A stretch of 43,306 nt of DNA from a virus. Its lineage: Duplodnaviria; Heunggongvirae; Uroviricota; Caudoviricetes. Below, one piece after another: positions 37,188 through 43,306 of this stretch. The position numbers and the translations under genes are program-made. Within the stretch, counting starts at the first letter, position 1. Each line of letters starts with the position of its first letter. The stretch lies in IMG/VR virus record IMGVR_UViG_3300025133_000025; one strand, written 5' to 3'. Below the pieces are notes generated by a model. The model was not told the origin of the DNA. It saw only the letters and a list, made by a program, of their open reading frames with translations, and searched no databases.

Positions 37188-37622
37188 ATGGCCAAGAAGA
37201 ACCGCTGGAATCCTGCCTCGCGTGTCAACTGCAACCACCTCACGGGGATGCTCCTGAAGGGCGACGACGCGTACCGGGACTTCGTCTCCCGCGCCTTCTC
37301 CGCCGCCCCCGAGGAGTTCGAGGCGATCGTCCAGGAGGGCCTCGACTGGGGGTACTTCACCTCGGACAACCGGGACGCCTTGCTCGGCACCGGCCCCTCC
37401 ACGGCCGCGATCTCGGAAGCCGCGGCGGGCAACGCCCAGGCGACGATGATCTCCGGCCTCGCCAACGCCGGCCAGCACAGCGCGGTGGCCTCCCTCGTCG
37501 CCGCCGGGACCTGCACCCAGGACCAGGTCGACCAGGTGTACGGCGCCTTGGAGCTGGACTACGCGGCCCTGATCGCCCCGCCGGCCCCCAAGGCGCCCAA
37601 GGCCAAGAAGGCCGCCAAGTAG
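37188..37622 (+). CDS. MAK-family small protein, paralog 3
   Basis: 144 aa; MAKKNRWNPASRVNCNHLTGMLLKG...; SD GGAGA upstream; Lys-rich C-terminal tail PKAPKAKKAAK. Confidence 0.65.
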   Translation: MAKKNRWNPASRVNCNHLTGMLLKGDDAYRDFVSRAFSAAPEEFEAIVQEGLDWGYFTSDNRDALLGTGPSTAAISEAAAGNAQATMISGLANAGQHSAVASLVAAGTCTQDQVDQVYGALELDYAALIAPPAPKAPKAKKAAK

Positions 37623-37642
37623 CCTAGCCGGCTGCCACTGAC

Positions 37643-37667
37643 GGACCGGCCCCTCCTGGGCCGGTCC
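37643..37667 (+). terminator. GC-rich hairpin (10-bp stem) after cassette 3
   Basis: GGACCGGCCC-ctcct-GGGCCGGTCC; followed by GGCCTTACAGCG and GGCCTAACAGCG half-site copies. Confidence 0.4.
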
Positions 37668-37767
37668 ACCGGCTGGGCCTTACAGCGTGAGCTGCGCGAA
37701 CGCTGATAGTCCTCTCTGAGCCGGCCTAACAGCGCGGGCTGAGCCCGCCGTCACAGTGCCACGAGGC

Positions 37768-37796
37768 TTTCCGCAGCAGGCCAACCATGGTATAAT
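37768..37796 (+). promoter_or_regulatory. Cassette promoter P4: TTTCCG-N17-TATAAT with TGG upstream
   Basis: ggcTTTCCGcagcaggccaaccaTGGTATAAT. Confidence 0.6.
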
Positions 37797-37829
37797 TTAG
37801 GTACCGGAATTGACCGGCTGGAGAACCCC

Positions 37830-38531
37830 ATGATCGATGCACTTACAATCTTCAACGCTTCCACGGATCGGCGGACCTACTGGCGCCTGAATCGTGAGGC
37901 GGGCGCTGCTACCCTGGATGAGGCGATCGCCTTGACCTGGGAGGACTTCTACCCGTACGAGCACATGCCCCAGGATGACGCCATCAACATGGATGGCATG
38001 GACGACATCTTCGAGGTCGGTGGACCGGAGAACATGGAGATCGTGACCCACGGCGGCGGGTGGTTCACCGTGGAGTACAAGAACGGTTGCTCCCAGGAGG
38101 AGGACACCCGCGACCACCCGGAGGAGTGGAACCAGTGGGAACAGGTCACCCGCCTCGTCAGCCAGGACTACCTCACCTTGGAGCGTGGGTTCACCGTCCT
38201 GGACGATACCCCGGCCGGCCACGGCGACGAGTTCGGTCGGATCTACTGGGTGATCGGCGACACCACGGAGCCGGGGACGGTCGATCGGAAGCCCAAGGTG
38301 CTCACCGGTGATGAGGTCATCGAGCGGTCGATCAAGGAGGGCATCCGGTCCGACCTCGAGTTGGAACAGCAGGTCCTGCCGCCGGTCGATCACCGGTGGA
38401 ACGACATGATGATGCAGAGCGCCGCCCTGGACATCCTGGCTGGTGTGACCATGGCCAGCATCCGCTACCACAGCTACGACGCCTGGGAGGATGTGGAGAT
38501 GCTGACCCGCCACTTCCACGGCAAGATCTAG
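37830..38531 (+). CDS. Acidic hypothetical protein (233 aa) in the cassette array
   Basis: SD GGAGAA upstream; D/E/W-rich; no family recognised; the antisense ORF 37797-38555 is rejected. Confidence 0.6.
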   Translation: MIDALTIFNASTDRRTYWRLNREAGAATLDEAIALTWEDFYPYEHMPQDDAINMDGMDDIFEVGGPENMEIVTHGGGWFTVEYKNGCSQEEDTRDHPEEWNQWEQVTRLVSQDYLTLERGFTVLDDTPAGHGDEFGRIYWVIGDTTEPGTVDRKPKVLTGDEVIERSIKEGIRSDLELEQQVLPPVDHRWNDMMMQSAALDILAGVTMASIRYHSYDAWEDVEMLTRHFHGKI

Positions 38532-38576
38532 AAGCCTCACCAGCTGGCTCAGCACCTGCGGCCTGGGGTAGCCTGG

Positions 38577-38598
38577 GCCGTAAGGCCGGCCTTACGGC
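38577..38598. repeat. Perfect 22-bp palindrome GCCGTAAGGCCGGCCTTACGGC
   Basis: Exact inverted repeat centred on GGCCGGCC, in the spacer after cassette 4. Confidence 0.8.
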
Positions 38599-38653
38599 GA
38601 AGAACAGCTCAGCCCCTCCCTTTCCTCCATACTTGGAAGCACAGACCGGCATG

Positions 38654-38682
38654 TTTCCGATGCATGACCGCCATGGTATAAT
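38654..38682 (+). promoter_or_regulatory. Cassette promoter P5: TTTCCG-N17-TATAAT with TGG upstream
   Basis: gTTTCCGatgcatgaccgccaTGGTATAATatattAGGAACCCC; a near-duplicate of P8. Confidence 0.6.
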
Positions 38683-38763
38683 ATATTAGGAACCCCGGCC
38701 GGTTGAATCAATGCCATGGCAGATGGCTGTCATGGCAACTGGCCACCTACTACAGGAAGTGAC

Positions 38764-39591
38764 ATGAACTGGAATAGCATCGCAAATGACCTTGACATCT
38801 GGAACAGTGGTGGGAAGATGAAGGCGACGATCTCGCTCTTCTTGAACAGCCCCGGCATCAGCCACGCCCTGTACATCATCTTCCTCGCTGTCTACGGTGG
38901 CTGGAACATGTTGTCGACCGCCGCGCTCCGCCAGGAGCCTGGCCCGTCGGCGTCCCAGAAGTACGAGTTGACCGACTACGTCAACAAGGACACCATCCTC
39001 AGCATCGTCAACGACGCCCGTCAGAAGGCCTGGAGCGATCTGGAGATCAGTGGTATCATGCCCGAGTGGAAGGTGGGCGGCATGGCGGAGCCGGCCTGCG
39101 CGATCCGGCCGGGCGAGGACAATCCAACCCTTGTCTTCAACAAGATCCAGTTCATCAAGCAGGTGCGTGAGGCCCACGGCTTGGGACTGAAGGAAGCGAA
39201 GAAGGCTGTGGAAGACATGTTGGTGCAGGCTTCCGGGCTCGTCGCCTTCCGTGGAGTCCGTGGGAAGCTCATTGAGCACATGCCGACGACTTTCCTCCAC
39301 ATCACGAACGTCCACATCAATCTCGACGAGCTCGTCTCCCTGCCCATCAACTATCGGCCGCATGCCTACGAAGGAGAGCGCAGGTCGCGTGACAACTCGA
39401 CCAGCGATGACACCTTCTACACGGTGGGGTGGTACTGGGAGAACGTGCTCTCCTTCGAGAACAAGCGACTCTTCCGGAGCTTGGACCACTTCCGAAGCAC
39501 GTCCATCGCAGTGAAGCGGCGCGCCCAGTACCTCAACCACGAGGGTGCCTGGGTTTACGTCGATGATGTCGCCACCGAAATCCTTGCCTGA
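38764..39591 (+). CDS. Membrane-anchored protein with a ribosomal bL12 (L7/L12) C-terminal-domain-like segment
   Basis: The start was chosen at MNWNS (SD AGGAAG 5 nt upstream); the longer frame starts at 38716. TM helix [45 protein letters not shown] aligns to E. coli bL12 [26 protein letters not shown] (GLGLKEAK identical). Confidence 0.55.
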   Translation: [275 protein letters not shown]

Positions 39592-39613
39592 GTGAAGGGG
39601 TTCCTCGGCGAGG

Positions 39614-39653
39614 GGCCCTGGGCCTGCTGTCTTCGGATGGCAGGCCCAGGGCC
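39614..39653 (+). terminator. GC-rich hairpin (14-bp stem) after cassette 5
   Basis: GGCCCTGGGCCTGC-tgtcttcggatg-GCAGGCCCAGGGCC. Confidence 0.45.
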
Positions 39654-39693
39654 TATTAGCGCTTCGCGCCGAAGGCCCCAAGACGCAGCTGGC

Positions 39694-39722
39694 TTTCCGC
39701 CGATCTACCGTGTTTGTATAAT
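39694..39722 (+). promoter_or_regulatory. Cassette promoter P6: TTTCCG-N17-TATAAT (TG adjacent)
   Basis: ggcTTTCCGccgatctaccgtgtttgTATAAT; downstream ATAAGGGGCGC resembles the P1 leader. Confidence 0.55.
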
Positions 39723-39743
39723 AATACTATAAGGGGCGCAGGT

Positions 39744-39759
39744 GCTGAAATATTTCAGC
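39744..39759. promoter_or_regulatory. Perfect 16-bp palindrome GCTGAAATATTTCAGC in the P6 leader (operator-like or leader hairpin)
   Basis: Exact inverted repeat about 15-30 nt downstream of the predicted TSS and 25 nt upstream of the SD; a second CTGAAA...TTTCAG palindrome lies at 40265. Confidence 0.45.
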
Positions 39760-39794
39760 AGTTGTTATAAACAGCCCCGACATGGAGAGAAGAC

Positions 39795-40190
39795 ATGGCT
39801 AAGAACCGCTGGAACCCTTCGAGCAAGGTCAACTGCAATCACATCACCGGGATGATCGCCAAGGGTGACGCCGAGTACAAGGACTGGGTCGCCCGGATCT
39901 TCGGCTCGAACAACGACACCTTCGCCGACCTGGTGACCGAGGGCAAGACCGCGGGCTACCTCACCGCCGAGAACTCCAACTTCCTGCTGGGCACGTCGGC
40001 CAGCACCCCGGCTGTGAAGGCGGCCGCCGCGGCCGACGCCAAGCGCAGCATGGTCATCGGCCTGCTGGGTGCGGGACAGGACACGGCGGTCGATTCGCTG
40101 ATCCAGTCCGGGCAGGTGGACCAGGAGTTCGTCGACAGCATCCGCGCGGAAATCGTGGATGCTGAGGAAGCTCGCCGCTCGTCGAAGTAG
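39795..40190 (+). CDS. MAK-family small protein, paralog 4
   Basis: 131 aa; MAKNRWNPSSKVNCNHITGMIAKGDAEYKDWVARIFG...; SD GGAGAG upstream. Confidence 0.65.
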   Translation: MAKNRWNPSSKVNCNHITGMIAKGDAEYKDWVARIFGSNNDTFADLVTEGKTAGYLTAENSNFLLGTSASTPAVKAAAAADAKRSMVIGLLGAGQDTAVDSLIQSGQVDQEFVDSIRAEIVDAEEARRSSK

Positions 40191-40198
40191 AGAAACGC

Positions 40199-40226
40199 CA
40201 GGCCGGGGGCTTCGGTCCCCGGCCGT
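40199..40226 (+). terminator. Hairpin GGCCGGGGGC-TTCG-GTCCCCGGCC (UUCG-type loop) after cassette 6
   Basis: 8-10-bp GC stem immediately after the stop; a CCGTACGG palindrome and a GCTGCTTTT run follow. Confidence 0.5.
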
Positions 40227-41238
40227 ACGGCGCTGCTTTTCAAAGCTCTTCGGCGCAGCCAGCGCTGAAAGACCGGTCTTTCAGAGAAAGCAGCTGAGCC
40301 CGCAGTCCTGGCCACAGCTCCCTGCCTGGCAACATTCCGACGCTGTCCAGCTTTCGGCAGCCTACATCACCTTCCGATGCGGCTCAGCACTGCAATGTGC
40401 TGAAAAGACTGCAATTTTGCTGCCCACTGCCCTGCCGATGCTGAATGTGAGATTCGAGGCATCTGCTCTTCGCTGCAGCAATCATATGAATACTATGCCC
40501 ATCCCGGTTTTTCACTATACCCGCCGGGATAGAAAGCAGGCTGGCCCATGCGCTGGCCTCGGCAGCCCATCGATGCAGCGGAAGCAGACGGTGTGGCGCT
40601 ATGATATCATTCCCAGCAAAACGCCACCAGACCTGCCGTGCCGCGACGCTCTGCGCTCTCCCTTCGCAACTCTGCTCCCGGCTTCTGGCGCTGCGCTCTG
40701 TAGTTGCGGGCACCACTCCACCCATTCTTGTTAGGCTTGAAAACCTTATCAGGCCATCTCGTCAGCTCCCATTTTGTGAGTTTGCATATGAATCAGTAGC
40801 GCCAGCTGTTCTTCCCTATTTGCAATGTGAAGAGCTGCTCAGTGTTGTCCGAGCTGTAGACATTTTGTTGTGTGATGTTAAAGGCTTAGGGCTCTGCTGC
40901 TGTCCCTGCAGCGTTGCTCCACCCCGCAGCGCCAAAGCAGGGAAACAGCATATGCTGATATCATAAAGCACACAGAGCTTACAGCACCAGCAGAGAAACG
41001 AGGTTTAGGAGTTGGGAGTTGTGGTATAGAACCTATCCTATTGGAGTCTATTGGTTTATCTGTTAGTTAGTTGTTGGTTCTGATACCATCAAAGGCACGT
41101 TGTATTGTAGCAAGAGTATATGAATGAGGCTGCCCAGCATTTCCGGCTGACCAAATTGGTAGGCTGCAGGGCAAGCCGCGTGAGTTCGGACTGTTGGATT
41201 GCAGTCCTGATGATATCTTCTGGCAACATCCACAGTAA
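40227..41238. other. About 1-kb apparently non-coding region with palindromes (candidate structured RNA or decayed cassettes)
   Basis: Only low-complexity R/S/P/C-rich ORFs on either strand (40159-40734, 40601-40966, 40384-40725). Contains the CTGAAAGACCGGTCTTTCAG palindrome and several short hairpins. GC is intermediate. Confidence 0.4.
40265..40284. repeat. Perfect 20-bp palindrome CTGAAAGACCGGTCTTTCAG
   Basis: Exact inverted repeat; shares CTGAAA/TTTCAG arms with the 39744 palindrome. Confidence 0.8.
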
Positions 41239-41266
41239 TTTCCGTGTATGAATTCACTGTTATAAA
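41239..41266 (+). promoter_or_regulatory. Cassette promoter P7: TTTCCG-N16-TATAAA with TGT upstream
   Basis: aaTTTCCGtgtatgaattcacTGTTATAAAat; AT-rich context. Confidence 0.5.
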
Positions 41267-41304
41267 ATAGAAATAGGTGAGAATGTTCCACCGAGGAGAT
41301 AAGC

Positions 41305-41604
41305 ATGAGCGATAACAGGGACTTCCCAACGATTCGTCGCCTGATTGGTGTCATTGAGGACGCATCTTCTGCTGAGCAGATTATCCTCAACAACAGGGTT
41401 TTGGGCGATCACCTCGGCGGAATTATCCGCATTCGGAATGAGGGCGTGATCAGGAATCTCTACTTTGGCAACGCATCCTCCGAAGGCGCCCTCGATGCTT
41501 TGATTGCGCTTGTTGAAGCTATTCGATCCGAAGCTGCCCACGAATTGGCTGGGCAGGGTGTGGATGTCAGGCCGGTTTCAGATGCAACGAAGATTTCCGA
41601 CTAA
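41305..41604 (+). CDS. Hypothetical protein (99 aa)
   Basis: SD GAGGAG 7 nt upstream; the stop overlaps the -35 box of P8. Confidence 0.55.
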   Translation: MSDNRDFPTIRRLIGVIEDASSAEQIILNNRVLGDHLGGIIRIRNEGVIRNLYFGNASSEGALDALIALVEAIRSEAAHELAGQGVDVRPVSDATKISD

Positions 41605-41622
41605 CAACCGCCATGGTATAAT
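41594..41622 (+). promoter_or_regulatory. Cassette promoter P8: TTTCCG-N17-TATAAT with TGG upstream
   Basis: aTTTCCGactaacaaccgccaTGGTATAATatacctAGGAACCCCC; a duplicate of the P5 module. Confidence 0.6.
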
Positions 41623-41657
41623 ATACCTAGGAACCCCCAACCCAAGCGAGTACTAAC

Positions 41658-42032
41658 ATGGCCGCCCGCACACTTTCCGACCGCTTCTCAGAGTTCATCC
41701 ACTTCGAGTACGGTGATGGCAACGGACGACTGAACCTGCTCGAAGAGGCCATCAAGCGAGTAGATGAGCCCCATTACGCGCAGAACAACTCACACTACTA
41801 TGTGCGACCCGACGGATCATGGGGAGCTCGCCCGCCGCTCTCGATGGGGCCGCGCGACTCGTACGAGTCGCGCGGCGGGATGCCGGCTTTGACATACGAT
41901 CCGAAGTATGTCTTCTGGCCCGAGGACGGATTCGTGTACGTGCGGTCGCGTGAGGCTGCTATCGAGCTCGTGACGATCATGGTCCTCCACAACGCCCGCA
42001 TCGCGGTGCGGGTGCTGGAAATCATGTCCTGA
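41658..42032 (+). CDS. Hypothetical protein (124 aa), GC-rich
   Basis: ORF directly downstream of P8; about 58% GC; weak SD. Confidence 0.5.
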   Translation: MAARTLSDRFSEFIHFEYGDGNGRLNLLEEAIKRVDEPHYAQNNSHYYVRPDGSWGARPPLSMGPRDSYESRGGMPALTYDPKYVFWPEDGFVYVRSREAAIELVTIMVLHNARIAVRVLEIMS

Positions 42033-42331
42033 TGAACTATAATCCACTGAACGAAAACCCGGAGTACTGGCGCATGGATAGTGTGAGACTTCGAAGAGGC
42101 GATTTGGTAAGCGTTACTTACAACGGACGCAATGGATCAACTGTAGGGTTTTTTAAGGCAGAAATCCTTAGCGTATTTAAGAATACTTCTCTGGTTCGCT
42201 TTGAAGATAAGATTGCTCCGGACTATCCAGACGACACTTGGAACCCAGACCTTGGCTACCACTTTGTCGATTCAGACCGAGGCTATGTGGACGAAGTTAC
42301 GAACGATTCACTCATCCGCGTTGGGCTATAA
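42032..42331 (+). CDS. Hypothetical protein (99 aa)
   Basis: TGATG stop/start overlap with the preceding gene. Confidence 0.5.
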   Translation: MNYNPLNENPEYWRMDSVRLRRGDLVSVTYNGRNGSTVGFFKAEILSVFKNTSLVRFEDKIAPDYPDDTWNPDLGYHFVDSDRGYVDEVTNDSLIRVGL

Positions 42332-42335
42332 GATT

Positions 42336-42482
42336 ATGGATAACTGGGGAAGTTACGTCGCGCATTACAAGGATGGAACAACCTGGATTTTTGCGGCTCG
42401 CCATTGGCGCGAAGCATGGGAACGAGCAACATACCATTACCCCGACCTTGATAAAGTAGAAACAAAGAAGGAAGCACAATGA
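42336..42482 (+). CDS. Small hypothetical protein (48 aa)
   Basis: ATG 4 nt after the preceding stop; the longer listed frame from 42201 overlaps 42032-42331, so it is trimmed here; weak RBS. Confidence 0.35.
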   Translation: MDNWGSYVAHYKDGTTWIFAARHWREAWERATYHYPDLDKVETKKEAQ

Positions 42483-42790
42483 ACCGTCGCAAGTTTTTTG
42501 CCCAGCTTAAGAAGCATGGGTTCTCTAAGTCCGACCTACAGATGACCCGAGTTGGACTCACCTATGATAGGCCTCATAACGGAGGCCGCATCAGGGTAAC
42601 GGTCCCTAAATCTCATAGCGAAACCTTTACCATTCTTGGTCCTGTTAACTACAGCGGAATCTTTGTCAATGGTGATCTAAAGCAGTGTAACTGGGGCAGC
42701 GTCGTTAAGCCTTCCGAATTCGGAATGGAAAATATGCTGGAGGTTTGTATCGCACTTATCTCTGGCGACTTGGCGATGGTAGAGGCATGA
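42479..42790 (+). CDS. Hypothetical protein (103 aa)
   Basis: SD AAGGAAG upstream; ATGA overlap with the preceding stop. Confidence 0.5.
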   Translation: MNRRKFFAQLKKHGFSKSDLQMTRVGLTYDRPHNGGRIRVTVPKSHSETFTILGPVNYSGIFVNGDLKQCNWGSVVKPSEFGMENMLEVCIALISGDLAMVEA

Positions 42791-42839
42791 CACATCCGCC
42801 AGGAAGAGATTCTGACTGAAGAGTCTCAGCGGTTCGAAA

Positions 42840-42878
42840 GGCGAAACAGCAAGGTGATTTTGCCTTTGCTGTTTCGCC
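42840..42878. terminator. Hairpin between convergent genes (about 15-bp stem, 1 bulge)
   Basis: GGCGAAACAGCAAGG-tgattttg-CCTTTGCTGTTTCGCC, between the plus-strand block end (42790) and the minus-strand gene end (42936). Confidence 0.5.
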
Positions 42879-42935
42879 TTATAAAGCTTGTGAAGTTTTT
42901 GCCCCGAAGGGCTGAGTTCACTACTCAAACTTTCC

Positions 42936-43265
42936 CTACCACGACGATGAATAGATAATCTCATATCCATCTTGGAGATACTTTTCGGCCTTGGACAGAA
43001 AATCCCAAGTATCTTCGTTCTGCTCAGGACGCGATTCGCCCCAGAAAAACCCTGCGGCTTTGGTCAAGCCGAGATATTCATCGGTCAACTTATCGAGGTC
43101 TGCCCTGGTAAGCCTCAACTCAATACAGTTGAAATCCCACTTGCCACCGCGCCGAGCATAAAGATCGGCCATCCAACCTTCAAGATTTGCGTGCTTACGC
43201 CAGTACATAATTTCGGTATCTTCTTCGCCGCTCTTTCGAGCGAAAGCATATTGATCAAGTCCCAT
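42936..43265 (-). CDS. Hypothetical protein (109 aa)
   Basis: SD AGGAGA 6 nt upstream (reverse complement of 43268-43275). Confidence 0.55.
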   Translation of the reverse strand: MGLDQYAFARKSGEEDTEIMYWRKHANLEGWMADLYARRGGKWDFNCIELRLTRADLDKLTDEYLGLTKAAGFFWGESRPEQNEDTWDFLSKAEKYLQDGYEIIYSSSW

Positions 43266-43306
43266 CTCTATCTCCTATTCAACAGGGTTCTTCTCTCACG
43301 TGACGT

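Noticed and set aside
35400-40300. The GC-rich block as a chimeric assembly or contaminant
   Set aside because: AT-rich promoter modules identical to those in AT-rich contexts (P7, P8, and the 26644 element) interleave with every GC-rich ORF. The architecture is therefore intrinsic. Confirmation still needs read-level evidence.
36489-40315. Numerous long ORFs on both strands overlapping the cassette genes. Plus strand: 36489-36830, 36529-36747, 37142-37627, 38060-38311, 38396-38689, 39251-39514. Minus strand: 36083-36268, 36521-37024, 37092-37478, 37127-37516, 37797-38555, 37949-38149, 38332-38652, 38686-39681, 39021-39350, 39956-40315.
   Set aside because: This is high-GC DNA, which lacks stop codons in all frames. 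These ORFs are R/P/G/A-rich low-complexity translations with no RBS. The frames chosen instead each sit 7-9 nt after a GGAGA SD and downstream of a promoter module.
40159-40966. ORFs 40159-40734 (+), 40601-40966 (+) and 40384-40725 (-)
   Set aside because: They are mutually overlapping and R/S/P/C-rich, with no RBS. The region was treated as non-coding or possibly a ncRNA.
40200-41300. Search for a tRNA or tmRNA in the ORF-free region
   Set aside because: No GTTCRANYC T-arm with a matching acceptor stem was found on either strand. The GGACTG-ttggatt-CAGTCC hairpin at about 41185 lacks tRNA context.

Overview
This window reads as a tailed-phage (myovirus-like) genome segment, or a prophage; no integrase or host housekeeping genes are visible. 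It is organised in alternating strand blocks.

(1) 1-13.1 kb, minus strand: a baseplate and tail-fibre module. It contains a gp25/GpW-like wedge protein, a Baseplate-J/gp6-like protein, a beta-helix spike-like protein, and a large fibre protein with a LamG/concanavalin-like lectin motif. A gp55-like late sigma-factor candidate follows.

(2) 13.6-25.3 kb, minus strand: a glycan-biosynthesis island.
- An ADP-heptose-type nucleotide-sugar pathway: GmhB-like HAD phosphatase, HldE/RfaE domain-I kinase, and two RfaE domain-II nucleotidyltransferase paralogs.
- A cupin, a TylF-like SAM methyltransferase, a carbohydrate sulfotransferase, and GT2 and GT4 glycosyltransferases.
- A 1080-aa tri-domain GT4+GT9(heptosyltransferase)+GT2 fusion.
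- The 15.7-19.35 kb part is a GC-rich compositional island.

(3) 25.7-31.3 kb: small early-type genes. These include a Cas4/RecB-like PD-(D/E)XK nuclease, a DEDDh 3'-5' exonuclease and several zinc-ribbon and small membrane proteins. An AT-rich divergent control region lies at 27.81-28.08 kb.

(4) 31.3-35.3 kb, minus strand: an operon of four paralogous, C-terminally truncated eukaryotic-like protein-kinase-fold proteins.

(5) 35.4-42.0 kb, plus strand: a repeat-dense control region followed by a hyperplastic cassette array.
- At least 8 copies of a conserved promoter module, (G)CTTTCCG-N17-TGGTATAAT (spacer 16 nt in one copy).
- Each promoter drives a small ORF, most very GC-rich (about 65% versus about 42% background).
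- Each ORF is followed by GC-rich hairpins or perfect palindromes.
- The ORFs include four paralogs of an unknown MAK(K)NRWNPSSKVNCNH family.
- One is a membrane-anchored protein carrying a ribosomal bL12 C-terminal-domain-like GLGLKEAK segment.

No tRNA, rRNA, CRISPR array or integrase was recognised. All functional calls are from motif recognition by eye and need a database search to confirm.
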